A DNA stretch of 64,000 nucleotides. Origin: an uncultured Methanoregulaceae archaeon (GTDB lineage Archaea; Halobacteriota; Methanomicrobia; Methanomicrobiales; Methanospirillaceae). Shown in pieces: positions 40,961 to 51,099 of the stretch. A program made the translations under genes and the position numbers. How positions within the stretch are numbered: the first letter of the stretch is position 1; each line of letters starts with the position of its first letter. Under the pieces are notes generated by a model. The model made no database searches. It was not told the origin of the DNA and worked only from the letters and a program-made list of their open reading frames with translations. The stretch lies in NCBI GenBank assembly GCA_963717525.1, contig OY970343.1:2144001-2208000 (forward strand). The letters run 5' to 3'.

Positions 40961-41473
40961 GTGCCGGGTCACATCCGAATTGTCAACGATCCTGTCGAAC
41001 TTGTTCCGCTACTCATGACGTTCAACAGTCCTGCCTTCAAGAAGGTGTACGAACTGCTGAGCAAATCGTGGATGACCGAGGAAGAACTTCAGGCGCAGGT
41101 AAACGATGAATCTGTCCCGGTCTGCCTCCAGATCTTGAAGAAAGGCAACCTTGTGGAGGAACAGTGGCGGATGCCAAAGCCCGGCGAGAAGCCGCTGAAG
41201 GAGTTCCGGGGAACCTACAACAAGTTCCGGGCAAATTTCCAGTGCAACCTCCAGGATCTCTCGGACATCCTCTACATCTCGCTTTCAAACGACGAGAACC
41301 TCCGGGACGTTGTCGGGCGGATCGAGTCGGAACTGGGAAACGGCAACACGTCCATCAGCGATCTTTCACGGAAATTCGGTGTCAGCCCGGTGTTCATCAG
41401 GGGTCTTGCAAAGCGGATACCTCATCTTGACGTGAAGGGACAGGGACTGGTGCTGCTTGACACAGGACGCTAA
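40961..41473 (+). CDS. ArsR-like winged-helix conserved archaeal protein
   Basis: IVNDPVELVPLL, WMTEEEL and WRMPKPGEKP; GTG start, divergent from hypF. Confidence 0.75.
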   Translation: MPGHIRIVNDPVELVPLLMTFNSPAFKKVYELLSKSWMTEEELQAQVNDESVPVCLQILKKGNLVEEQWRMPKPGEKPLKEFRGTYNKFRANFQCNLQDLSDILYISLSNDENLRDVVGRIESELGNGNTSISDLSRKFGVSPVFIRGLAKRIPHLDVKGQGLVLLDTGR

Positions 41474-42266
41474 GGATCCTCTCTATTCTATCCTGCGCAG
41501 CAAACGCGAAGTCTCCCGGTTACAGATCCTGGTCGAGATTGCCGAGCACCAGCCGGCGGTGCGCCAGCAGGAGATCGCGACAAAACTCGGGGTTACACCG
41601 CAGGCGATCTCCGAGTACATCCGCGAGCTCACTGACGAGGGCATGGTCTCGGCAAGCGGCCGCGGGAACTATGAGGTCACCAAGGCTGGCATCGAGTGGG
41701 TGCTCGCCAATGCCGAGTCGCTGGAGTCCTATGCCCGGCACATCCGGCGCGACATCATCCAGCAGGTCTCGATCTGGACAGCGATTGCGGCAGAGAACCT
41801 CAAGGCAGGGGACGAGGTCGGGGTCTTCATGAAGGGCGGCTTTTTGTACGCTGCAAAAAAGTCGCAGCCGGCGACCGGGTCGGTTGTTGCGGATGCAAAA
41901 AAAGATGAGGACGTAGGGGTTGCCCGGCTCAACGGCATCATCGAGCACCATGAAGGGGCGATCACCATCTGCAAGGTGCCCCGCATTCAGCACGGGGGCT
42001 CACGCAGGGTTCAACTGGAACAGTTAAAGGAGATCGTCCGCCCGGCCGGCTTGGTGGCAGCGGTCGGGCTCGAGGCTTACATCGCCCTCAAATCTGCAGG
42101 GCAGAAGCCTGACCTGTTCTTCGGTGCCCGGGAAGGTGTCATCGAGGCGGCGTTCCATGGGATCGACTGCGTGATCGTGATTGTTGACGAGGAGTTCACG
42201 GATTTCTTAAAACGGCTTGAGGGTGTCGGGCTCTCGTATGTCATCGTCGATCTGATCGCCCCATGA
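41457..42266 (+). CDS. Winged-helix (MarR-like) transcriptional regulator
   Basis: QQEIATKLGVTPQAISEYIREL HTH and YEVTKAG wing; TTG start. Confidence 0.85.
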   Translation: MTQDAKDPLYSILRSKREVSRLQILVEIAEHQPAVRQQEIATKLGVTPQAISEYIRELTDEGMVSASGRGNYEVTKAGIEWVLANAESLESYARHIRRDIIQQVSIWTAIAAENLKAGDEVGVFMKGGFLYAAKKSQPATGSVVADAKKDEDVGVARLNGIIEHHEGAITICKVPRIQHGGSRRVQLEQLKEIVRPAGLVAAVGLEAYIALKSAGQKPDLFFGAREGVIEAAFHGIDCVIVIVDEEFTDFLKRLEGVGLSYVIVDLIAP

Positions 42267-44341
42267 AGATCCTCGTCCAGCCGGTCAAAGGCAGCTACAA
42301 ACTTCTTTTTTACGATGGGAAGCACGTGCTGGGCGTCGGTATAACGGAAATGACCGACACCCCCAAGGGGCCCCGTCCGGTCAGGTACCGGCTCCGCTGG
42401 GGGTCGCACAAGGAGTACCGGGTCACCCCGTCCAAGGACCTGATCGCCCAGCTCCGCGAAGGCGACGTCCGGATGATCAGGCACGACCCGCTTTTCGAGG
42501 AGTTCCTGCACTCATTCCAGATCCGGGCCGGCACCGTCAACGCCTGCCGGATATGCCTGCTCGATGACCGGTACACGCCGATCAATGACGACAACTTCGT
42601 AATCTTCGGCAAAAACGAGAAGATCTGCCTCGACTGCGGGCGCCGGGAGCTCCGGCGCGAGCTTGCGCCGATCGGGCACATGGGCCGGGACACGCTGCGG
42701 CATTTCGAGGAACTTCTCGTTACTACCCGGAACCTTGACCGGGTGCTCGCGCTTGTCCAGCCGGAAAAACTCTCGATGAAGTCCGCCCTCTTCGATCGGA
42801 TCGAGGCACACCCGGTGCTTACGACTGCAAAAATTTCTGAGCTCCCGCTCCCGCACGAGTTCGTCGTAGCCTCACGGATCGAATGCCTCATGCCGGCACA
42901 GCAGCTTGCGGTGGACGCCGGCCTGTTGTACGGAAAAGATCTCCTTGTTGTTGCCGCAACCGCAAGCGGCAAGACGTTCATCGGCGAAATGGCCGGGATG
43001 AAGAATTACCTTGCCGGTCGGGGCCGGATGCTCTTTCTGGTACCTCTCGTCGCCCTCGCGAACCAGAAGTACGAACGGTTCACCGAGCGGTACAGCGCAT
43101 TTGCTAAGACCGGTCTTTTGACCGGTGTCTCGCGCCTCAACCTTCCCGAGACCCGGAAAGTCGGGGACCGGAACCCGCAGGCCCCGATCGTTGTCGGTAC
43201 CTACGAAGGGGTGGACAACATGATCCGGTGCGGTCAGAGGATGCAGAACATCGCGACAGTTGTCATCGACGAGGTGCAGATGCTCGAGGACCCGGACCGG
43301 GGCCACCGTCTCGACGGGCTTGTCGCCCGGCTCAAGTATCTCGCCCCGCAGGCACAGTTCCTGTACCTCTCCGCCACCATCGGATCACCAAAGACGCTCG
43401 CGAAAAAACTCAACTGCCAGCTCGTCCGGTATGACGACCGGCCGGTCGCGCTCGAACGCTATCTCCTTTTCACGGAGCGCAAGCAGAAGATCCCGACGAT
43501 CAAGAAGCTGACTACCGAGGAATACACGAACACGTCCTCGAAAGGGTTCCGGGGCCAGACGATCATCTTCACCAACGCCCGCGCCCGGTGCCACACGATC
43601 GCCGATGCGCTCGGGATGCGTGCGGCGGCCTACCATGCCGGGCTCTCCAGCCAGGAGCGCCGCGATGTCGAGACCAGGTTCCTGGGCGGCAAGCTGATGG
43701 CGGTCGTGACCACGGCAGCGCTCGGGGCCGGGGTCGATTTCCCCGCGTCGCAGGTGATCTTCGATGCCCTCGCGATGGGCCGGGACTGGCTCTCCGTTCA
43801 GGAGTTCAACCAGATGGCAGGCCGGGCCGGGCGGCCTGACTTCCACGATCTCGGGAAAGTCGTGCTCCTTGCAGAACCCGGCGGGAGCTACTCGCGCGAG
43901 AACCCGTATACCGAGGAGGAGGTTGCGATGCGCCTCTTAAAGGGCGAGATGGAGGAGGTTTCACCCGTTCACGACCTCGAACAGAGTTCGGAGGAATACG
44001 TGGCAAATGCGGTTGCCTGCGGGGGCGATGAGGCGGATCTTGCCCGGATCAACACGATGATGGTGGGGAGCCTTGAGCCGGTGCTCCCGGAGCTTGTCGC
44101 CCACCGGCTCGTGCAGAAGAAGGGCACGAAGATCGAGCTCTCCCCCCTTGCCCGGGTGATGTCCGAGCATTTCATCGGGATCGAACGGTTGCTCGAGATC
44201 ATGCGTCTGGTGGGGGAAATGGATAACCCCCTCGATATCATCGCGGAGCTGGAGAGCGAAGGGATGGAAAAGGAGGAGACGCAGAAAAAAGAGAAGGGCC
44301 AAAAACTGCATGGGCATAAGAAGGGACGCGGGAGACGGTAA
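42263..44341 (+). CDS. Archaeal Ski2-like DEAD/DEAH helicase
   Basis: ATASGKT, PLVALA, DEVQ, SAT, YHAGL, TAALGAGVD and QMAGRAGR; N-terminal CxxC...CxxC. Confidence 0.92.
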   Translation: MKILVQPVKGSYKLLFYDGKHVLGVGITEMTDTPKGPRPVRYRLRWGSHKEYRVTPSKDLIAQLREGDVRMIRHDPLFEEFLHSFQIRAGTVNACRICLLDDRYTPINDDNFVIFGKNEKICLDCGRRELRRELAPIGHMGRDTLRHFEELLVTTRNLDRVLALVQPEKLSMKSALFDRIEAHPVLTTAKISELPLPHEFVVASRIECLMPAQQLAVDAGLLYGKDLLVVAATASGKTFIGEMAGMKNYLAGRGRMLFLVPLVALANQKYERFTERYSAFAKTGLLTGVSRLNLPETRKVGDRNPQAPIVVGTYEGVDNMIRCGQRMQNIATVVIDEVQMLEDPDRGHRLDGLVARLKYLAPQAQFLYLSATIGSPKTLAKKLNCQLVRYDDRPVALERYLLFTERKQKIPTIKKLTTEEYTNTSSKGFRGQTIIFTNARARCHTIADALGMRAAAYHAGLSSQERRDVETRFLGGKLMAVVTTAALGAGVDFPASQVIFDALAMGRDWLSVQEFNQMAGRAGRPDFHDLGKVVLLAEPGGSYSRENPYTEEEVAMRLLKGEMEEVSPVHDLEQSSEEYVANAVACGGDEADLARINTMMVGSLEPVLPELVAHRLVQKKGTKIELSPLARVMSEHFIGIERLLEIMRLVGEMDNPLDIIAELESEGMEKEETQKKEKGQKLHGHKKGRGRR

Positions 44342-44511
44342 GTGGGCAAAACAGCGCCGGATGCTCGCCCGCGGGCCTCAAAACCGGGATTTTTTTCAGC
44401 CACCCCCGCGGCACCGATGGCAATAAAATCTGCGATCCTAAATCCGGAGCCTCTTTTCCTTTGACAGGATATCCTTTCCCGCATTTCAGGAACTGCGGCC
44501 AGCGGGTATCT

Positions 44512-46983
44512 TTACTTCTCGTTCCCGGTCGTCACGAACCGCCAGTACCCTGCCGGGATCCGGATCTCGAAACGGGCACCTTTCCCGTAAATCCCGTTCT
44601 CTTCTATGGATATTCCGGTAATTGCAAGAATCTCCGCCGTCAGGAACAGTCCCATGCCCGTATTCTTACCCACACCGCGTTTAAAGATCTCGCGTTTTTG
44701 CCCGGGTTCAACCCCGATACCATCGTCCTCAAAAACCAGCGAGAACCCCTTGTCGGAAATATTTGAATATATTGCGATGGTCGCGATTTTTTCCCCGTAC
44801 CTGACGGCATTATCCACGATGTTATAAAACACTTTTTCGAGCAGGGGATCCGCATAGACCTCTGTATATTTAAACTCTGACTGGAACGTGATGCCGGATT
44901 TTGCAAAATTCTGCACTACTTTGGTGATAAGATCATTGACATTCTGCCATTGCGGCAGATGAACCCCGACTTCCTGGTACTCCTTGGTAAACGCGATCTG
45001 GCGCTGTATAACCCGGGTCAGCTCCCTGATATCATCGAGCAGATGCCCTTTTTCTTCAGGAGAGGTTGTGGCTTTTGCCATGTCTATGCATCCGAGCATT
45101 CCGGTAATGGTGTTGATAATATCATGCCGGGTGATCTGGTTCATCAGGTTCAGTTTTTTATTGGCTATTTCAATGGCGTCTTCAGCCTTCTTTCGTTCCG
45201 TGATATCGCGCAGGATACCGTAAATCCCGACAGGTTTTCCTGATGTATCCAGCCGCAGGGTACTTTTTTCCTCAAACCAGTAGGTAGTGCCCCCTTTGTC
45301 CAGGAGCCTGAACCGGGAAACAAACTGCGCATTCTCTTTTAATTCACGGGAAAGGTTGCGTTCTGCCTCATCGATATCTGCGGGATGGATGAAAATACGA
45401 AATGGTTTCCCTGTCACCTCCTCCTCAAGAAATCCGAATTTATTGACCTGCGGTGAGACATACGTAATAATCCCGTTCATATCTGCAGAGAAGAGTATGT
45501 CAGGTGTATTTTCCGTGAGTGCCCGGTATTTTTCCTCGCTCTCCCTGAGTTCCTCTTCCAGCTTCACCCGTTCGGTGATATCGATCACGCTGCCGCGGAA
45601 CCCGGATACTGTCCCGTACCGCGTGATAGGCCCGGTATAAATGATGGCGCTCATCAATGTCCCGTCAAGCTTTTTTAAGTGATAGACTTCCCCGGAGGAC
45701 TTTGAACCGGATAAGACATGCGCCAGTCCCCTCTGCATGCGCCCGATATCCTCCGGGATGAGGTATTCGCGGACGCTGACCCTGTTCTGGATTTTTTCCG
45801 GGGTAATCCCGAATACCTCTTGGCCGGCGCGGTTCACATAGGTGAGAGATCCCTGCACATCTATCTCAAAAATCGTCTGGGGGAGAAGTTCGGCAAGGTC
45901 GCGGAACCGTGACTCGCTCCGTGCCAGACCGTCATGGAATTTTTCAATGGTCTCGAGCATATGGTTGATCACGGTGGACAGATCAGAGAACTCGTCGCTG
46001 CCGCTGCTGTCCAGCCTCCGGGAGAGTACGGCATCCCGGTCGATATCATGCACCTGCCGGCTGAGGTGACTGATCCGGGAGAGAACGAACCTGTCGACCA
46101 TAAAGAGGATGACCAGACCAAAGAGCAGCCCGGACCCGAGGACGATGAATACATACTGGAAGGTTGTTGTAATTCCCTGCTGGTAAATTTCCCGGGATTC
46201 CAGGACCTGAAGAGCCAGCACTCCTCTTCCATTCACATCCCTGATGAGCGCATATCCCGCGATATCACTGCTGTTAAGAGGAATGGCGATCTCCTCGCTG
46301 CGATCCTGGCCGGGCGCGAGAGCCGGGAGGAATTCGAGGGGAAAGGACGGGTCGCCAACGGGAATAAAATGGAGGTTTGGCTTTGTCAGTGTCGCAAGGT
46401 AGGCCACTTCGTTCGTGCCAAGGTATCTCCCTATGATGACGACTCCCGTGGGCGTCCCGGAATAATCTGAATGGACGATAGGGTGGGACGCGACAACATA
46501 GGGTTTTCCATCGAGCATCAGGATACCGGTGGTCGTCACGGAGGAATTAGCCATGGAAAGCAATGGGTTTGAAGGTGTCAGCACCGTGCTGAGGCTCTCC
46601 GGTACTGCAAGCATGGTCTGGTTACTGAGATCGTAAAGCCCGGCATAGACAATCTGACCGTGCGCGTCCGTCATGATAACGAGGTTGACCCGCAGGTTGT
46701 TGTAGGCAACCGGCAACAGATTTGTGGATACATAATCCGGTTTTTGCCCGTTGACAAAGGCATAGGTATCGTCCCAGGCAGCCCAGTCGACAACAATCGA
46801 TGTTAATGATGTATACTCGTCATTCAGCCTGTTAACGGTCTGGTTTACATCCTGCATCACGTAACGCTGTTCCAGGGCATTGTAGCTGGTCATCGAAACA
46901 AACGAGACGAAAATACTGATCGATGCAAGGATGATAATCAGGAGGATCAGAATGATAAGGATCGTCTTTTCTCGGAGTTTCAT
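44512..46983 (-). CDS. Membrane sensor histidine kinase (CHASE4, HAMP, 2xPAS, HATPase)
   Basis: TM, DWAAWDDTY (CHASE4), TM, HAMP (DEFSDL), ITRHD, NIVDNA, EDDGIG and GMGLF. Confidence 0.92.
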   Translation of the reverse strand: MKLREKTILIILILLIIILASISIFVSFVSMTSYNALEQRYVMQDVNQTVNRLNDEYTSLTSIVVDWAAWDDTYAFVNGQKPDYVSTNLLPVAYNNLRVNLVIMTDAHGQIVYAGLYDLSNQTMLAVPESLSTVLTPSNPLLSMANSSVTTTGILMLDGKPYVVASHPIVHSDYSGTPTGVVIIGRYLGTNEVAYLATLTKPNLHFIPVGDPSFPLEFLPALAPGQDRSEEIAIPLNSSDIAGYALIRDVNGRGVLALQVLESREIYQQGITTTFQYVFIVLGSGLLFGLVILFMVDRFVLSRISHLSRQVHDIDRDAVLSRRLDSSGSDEFSDLSTVINHMLETIEKFHDGLARSESRFRDLAELLPQTIFEIDVQGSLTYVNRAGQEVFGITPEKIQNRVSVREYLIPEDIGRMQRGLAHVLSGSKSSGEVYHLKKLDGTLMSAIIYTGPITRYGTVSGFRGSVIDITERVKLEEELRESEEKYRALTENTPDILFSADMNGIITYVSPQVNKFGFLEEEVTGKPFRIFIHPADIDEAERNLSRELKENAQFVSRFRLLDKGGTTYWFEEKSTLRLDTSGKPVGIYGILRDITERKKAEDAIEIANKKLNLMNQITRHDIINTITGMLGCIDMAKATTSPEEKGHLLDDIRELTRVIQRQIAFTKEYQEVGVHLPQWQNVNDLITKVVQNFAKSGITFQSEFKYTEVYADPLLEKVFYNIVDNAVRYGEKIATIAIYSNISDKGFSLVFEDDGIGVEPGQKREIFKRGVGKNTGMGLFLTAEILAITGISIEENGIYGKGARFEIRIPAGYWRFVTTGNEK

Positions 46984-47127
46984 GAGAATCGCTGGCTATC
47001 TTCCCGATTACGGTTGATTCGATATATATCATTCCATAATGTCCCGGATCGTTACCTGCACTATACCGAAAGCAGAGCATCGCTTGTGCAAAAACTGACA
47101 AAATGAATTTTAGATAAAGAGTATTTT

Positions 47128-47946
47128 TCAGGCCTTCCGCACCACGCAGACCCAGTGGTCGTAGAACGCGTCACAGGGATTTTCCCGTATCTCGACAGAA
47201 CGCCCGGCCTCGTTGCCCCATTCCCGGATCCGGAACGCTTCCGGTTCCGTGCCCACCGTGATCAGCGTCTCACCGGTGACGGAAAAGAGCCCGGCCGCAA
47301 TCTGGTGCCACATGTCTTCTGAGAAGGAATTGATCTCGCCCATCATGATCCCGATTCCCTTGGCAACCGGCTGCGTGTATGCCGAGACCTGCGTGGCGTC
47401 GATGCACATCGTCTCTTCCGGGAGCAGGCGGCCCTTTTGGATGCCGAGCGTGAGAAGCGATGCGTCGTTGTCGTACGAGAGCGGGGAATACCCGAGCTCG
47501 CGGAGCACAAGGGAACCGACGCCCGAACCGCAGCCGCAGTCAATGCACGTCTCGCCCGATCCCTTCCCCCAGACTCCTGCGATCACGTCAGCGAGGATGC
47601 CTTTACGTGCCGGGTTGAGGTCCTCCATGGCCGCCGAAATCTCTGCAGCAAGCCGGAGGGAGAAATATTCCCGGACTGCTGCCGCCCAGACCGCCCGGTC
47701 TTCCTGGTAGATCTCGCCGTTCACCTGCTCGAACGCATCGATCAGGGCAACGTTCGGGTGCCGGTAGAGAAACGAGCCTGCGATCCATCCGGCGCTCTCG
47801 TGGAAGGCGACCGCGACCGGGTCGCTGTTCTCGTCCACGAGCATCCGTCCCTGATCTGCGTTGTCGCGTGCCAGCAGGTCCGTGTACAGCGGGTCGGTGA
47901 GCGCGGCAAACGATGGTTCAATGAACGTAACCTCGTCCAGCTTCAA
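47128..47946 (-). CDS. Hypothetical protein with SAM-methyltransferase-like C-terminal domain
   Basis: CIDCGCGSGVGS, LSYDND and CIDAT; TTG start. Confidence 0.7.
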   Translation of the reverse strand: MKLDEVTFIEPSFAALTDPLYTDLLARDNADQGRMLVDENSDPVAVAFHESAGWIAGSFLYRHPNVALIDAFEQVNGEIYQEDRAVWAAAVREYFSLRLAAEISAAMEDLNPARKGILADVIAGVWGKGSGETCIDCGCGSGVGSLVLRELGYSPLSYDNDASLLTLGIQKGRLLPEETMCIDATQVSAYTQPVAKGIGIMMGEINSFSEDMWHQIAAGLFSVTGETLITVGTEPEAFRIREWGNEAGRSVEIRENPCDAFYDHWVCVVRKA

Positions 47947-47966
47947 GGATTCCTGCAGCTTTCAGT

Positions 47967-48812
47967 TCACTCCCCCCATCCGATATGCATCCCGTGCGGG
48001 GCCTCGATGATCCCATCGATTTTAGCGTCTTCGTGCAGGAAGATCTCCTTCGCGATCACGTCGCCGAGAATGTGGGCGCCCTTCTTCACGTACACTTTCC
48101 CACTGCTCTCAACATTCCCGTGGACGGTGACGCCGCCCGCTACGCTGACCGTGCCCCGCGACCGGAGGCTGCCGAAAATGACCGTGCCTTCAAGGACATC
48201 GATGGAACCGGCCCGGATATTGCCGTGCAACCTGCATTTCCGACCGATCTTCATCGAGGACGGGACGGAAAAGACCTTCATGTTGAGCCGGGACCGGGCC
48301 GGGATCATGAGCGGCACCTCCACCTTTGCATCGTCCTCGGAGAAGAGGTTGTCAAGGATCCGGTCGAGTTCCCGCTCGTTCTCGATCTGCAGCATCGTCA
48401 TGAGATAGATGAGGATGAAGAGGAGCACGGGCATCGGGTTCCGGACCGCAATTTCGCCGGTTGCCTCAAATCCCTGAGCGATCTCCACCTTCTCGCCGAT
48501 ATCGAGCGCCCCGCTCACCACGAGTTTGCCGGCGATCTTAACGCCCTCGCCGATGTACGCGTCCTGTTTTGCGACGACATCGCTCCCGATTTCGCAGAGG
48601 TTGCCGATACGGGCGTCGCCATTTGCCCAGACGTACTCGCGGATCTTTGTCGACTCGCCCACGTACACGTCTGCGCCCCGCAGCCCGTAATCGATCTGGC
48701 AGAATTCGCCGACCACGATATCCCGGTCGGTCTTGAGGCTGTGCTCCTGGAGTTCCGTCCCGTCGGGGAGGAGGCAGTGCCTGTGCCAGTTCTTCACCGA
48801 TTCCCCGCTCAT
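47967..48812 (-). CDS. Beta-helix repeat protein (COG4801 / polymer-forming cytoskeletal-like)
   Basis: Repeated (V/I)G....I.G.(L/V) motifs in two blocks separated by a hydrophobic segment. Confidence 0.75.
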   Translation of the reverse strand: MSGESVKNWHRHCLLPDGTELQEHSLKTDRDIVVGEFCQIDYGLRGADVYVGESTKIREYVWANGDARIGNLCEIGSDVVAKQDAYIGEGVKIAGKLVVSGALDIGEKVEIAQGFEATGEIAVRNPMPVLLFILIYLMTMLQIENERELDRILDNLFSEDDAKVEVPLMIPARSRLNMKVFSVPSSMKIGRKCRLHGNIRAGSIDVLEGTVIFGSLRSRGTVSVAGGVTVHGNVESSGKVYVKKGAHILGDVIAKEIFLHEDAKIDGIIEAPHGMHIGWGE

Positions 48813-48842
48813 CTGTCCCCCGCAGGTTCCCGTTTCATCCTG

Positions 48843-50078
48843 TCATGCCCCGTATTTGTGTGCCTGGTTTACCAGATCGAGCGCGGTCGGCAGCAGTCCT
48901 GCCCCCGTGATCCGGCAGAGACCGCCCCGTGCGCAGGAGCGTTCCCCGAATTCTGTTACCTCGTCCACCCGGACCCCGTCCCCGTAGATCAGCACCGGCA
49001 CCGGGTCGGCGCTGTGGTCCTTGATCGAGCAGGGCGTGGAATGGTCGGCACAGACGACGATTATGCAATCCCTGAGATCGGGGAGCGGTTCGAGCACGGC
49101 ATCGACCTTCTCGATGAAGGCCTTTTTCTGGTGTGCGAGGCCGTCATGGCCCGACTCGTCGGCCCCCTTGATGTTGACGAGCACGAAATCCTTTCTTTCC
49201 AGTTCGCGGACTGCCGCCGCGATCTTTCCTTGGATATTGCTGTCCTGCGAGCCGGTGATCCCTTCCACCGCAACCCGGGTAAGCCCGACGGCAGTTCCGA
49301 TGCCGGAGATCAGGCTTGCGGCGGCAATAACGCTTCCGGACATCCCGTACTTCTTCTCGAACGGCTCGAAATTCCCCATCTCGCCGGCCCCCCTCATCAG
49401 AACTATATTTGCCGGGTTCTGGCCCTGCCGGATCCGCTCCCGGTTCACCGGGTGTTCCGCAAGGATCTCCTGCGACTGACGTACGAAATCGTTACAGACC
49501 TCCGCGGTCTTTTTGTCCTGTGCCCGGTCCCTGACCGGGGTGATGGTGAGCGGCGCGACGTGATCTTTTTTCGGGTCGTTCGAGGAGACGCAATGGCCGA
49601 GTCCCTCTCCTTTGAGGGCAAGGGCCGCCCGGTGCCCGGCCCCGGACCGGAACACGAACTCCACGCCGGACTTCGAGAGATCTACACCCTCCTGCACTGC
49701 CTGCGAGAGTGCTTGTGTGTCATGGATCCGCCCTGCCCGCCGGTCGGTCACAAAGCCTTGCGGTGACAGCGTCGCATAGTTGCACCGGAAACCGATCATG
49801 CCCGGCTCCATGCGGATACCTGAACCCACGCATTCGAGCGGGCCCCGGCCGGTGTAGTACGTGCGGGGGTCGTAACCGAGAAGCGCGAGGTGTGCCGTAT
49901 CGGAACCGGGCCGGATGCCGGCAGCGATGGTGTCCATGATCCCGCAGACCCCTCCGGCAGCGAGCTGGTTGAGCACCGGGTGGTGCGCCGCCTCAAGAGG
50001 GGTCAGATCGCCCAGTTCCGGGCAGGGCCGGTCAGATAACCCGTCAATGATGAGGAACAGGATCTTGCGGGCGGTCAT
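48843..50078 (-). CDS. apgM: 2,3-bisphosphoglycerate-independent phosphoglycerate mutase
   Basis: IDGLSDRP, TPLE, PGSDTAHL, GRGPLE, DESGHDG, ADHSTP and HSADPVP. Confidence 0.95.
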   Translation of the reverse strand: MTARKILFLIIDGLSDRPCPELGDLTPLEAAHHPVLNQLAAGGVCGIMDTIAAGIRPGSDTAHLALLGYDPRTYYTGRGPLECVGSGIRMEPGMIGFRCNYATLSPQGFVTDRRAGRIHDTQALSQAVQEGVDLSKSGVEFVFRSGAGHRAALALKGEGLGHCVSSNDPKKDHVAPLTITPVRDRAQDKKTAEVCNDFVRQSQEILAEHPVNRERIRQGQNPANIVLMRGAGEMGNFEPFEKKYGMSGSVIAAASLISGIGTAVGLTRVAVEGITGSQDSNIQGKIAAAVRELERKDFVLVNIKGADESGHDGLAHQKKAFIEKVDAVLEPLPDLRDCIIVVCADHSTPCSIKDHSADPVPVLIYGDGVRVDEVTEFGERSCARGGLCRITGAGLLPTALDLVNQAHKYGA

Positions 50079-50220
50079 TCTTGAGGAATGGTTGGACGCG
50101 CGGATTAATTATGTTTCCCGGTTTTACCGCACGCGTAAAACAGGGCAGCCCTGCCAGAATACACCGCCATGCATGACTGGCGGGAAAGGGGACCACGAAA
50201 AAAAGGAACGTTAAAGGAAT

Positions 50221-50826
50221 TTACTTGGTCGAGACCGGTGCTGCGACCTGCTCGACCTTGGACTTGATGATCTCGACCCGGCGGGTGGGGTAGAGGGTCT
50301 TTACGACCTTGAAGAGGTCGCGGGAGATCTCGCCGGAAACGATCCCGTTCACGAGCGTCGTTAAGTCCCATGCCTGTGCCTGCGTGGCGAGGCTTGCCAT
50401 GATCGCGTTCCTGAGCGCGTGCTCCTGGGCGATGTTTGCGCGTGCAAAGGTGTAGCAGCTGATCGTGAGCCTGACCTTCTTGTTGTCCTTGGTGACAACC
50501 AGCACGTGGCAGTCCACGCGGGAGCTGCGGCGCTTGACAAGAGACCGCAGGTAGTCGCGGGTCACTTCGTGGCCGACAAACTCGGTATATGCGGCGTCAC
50601 CGGTAACCTCGGCGATCTTAAAACTCATCTTGATATGCTGCTTGGCGTAGTCGTTGGTGATCTCGCCGAGGGTCGACTGCATGATCCTGCCCCTGACGGT
50701 CTCCATATCGTTTGCAATGGTGTCTCCGATATACGCCTTGCCGAGGTTGTCGGGGGTGTATACCTTGAACCAGCTCTTGGCTTTCCAGCCTTCAACTCTT
50801 CTTCCAACCTGTTTTTTCTTTGCCAT
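50221..50826 (-). CDS. rps3ae: 30S ribosomal protein S3Ae
   Basis: WKAKSWFKV, DYLRSLVKRRSSRVD and YPTRRVEIIKS. Confidence 0.95.
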   Translation of the reverse strand: MAKKKQVGRRVEGWKAKSWFKVYTPDNLGKAYIGDTIANDMETVRGRIMQSTLGEITNDYAKQHIKMSFKIAEVTGDAAYTEFVGHEVTRDYLRSLVKRRSSRVDCHVLVVTKDNKKVRLTISCYTFARANIAQEHALRNAIMASLATQAQAWDLTTLVNGIVSGEISRDLFKVVKTLYPTRRVEIIKSKVEQVAAPVSTK

Positions 50827-50847
50827 GGTATCAACTCACTAATTTTC

Positions 50848-51099
50848 TTATTCCCTCTGTTCGTTTCTTCCCTGTTTGTGGTGCGGGAGCGCTGTTGTCT
50901 CGTCCGCAATTGCCAGATTCATCAGGTAGTCATCCACGGATGCGATGACCGACCGGACCTGCGTGCCTTCGATCACGGTGGTGACCCGGTTGCCGTCCGC
51001 GGTAGTGGTCATGCCCCTGAGATTGTCGGGTGCAAGGGATGCCGCCACGCCGGGCGCGTCCTCGTGAGTGGTGGCGATAAGGCCGCGTACCTGCATCAT
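50848..51099 (-). CDS. pcc1: KEOPS complex subunit Pcc1
   Basis: ASLAPDN and SVIASVDDYLMNL; conserved rps15-DHH-pcc1-rps3ae order. Confidence 0.85.
   Translation of the reverse strand: MMQVRGLIATTHEDAPGVAASLAPDNLRGMTTTADGNRVTTVIEGTQVRSVIASVDDYLMNLAIADETTALPHHKQGRNEQRE

Noticed and set aside
47985..49766. 593-aa plus-strand ORF
   Set aside because: Antisense shadow of apgM and the beta-helix gene, with no motifs. Long shadow ORFs are expected in GC-rich DNA; the same applies to 18706-19887, 56302-57546, 10843-12048 and 38975-40129.
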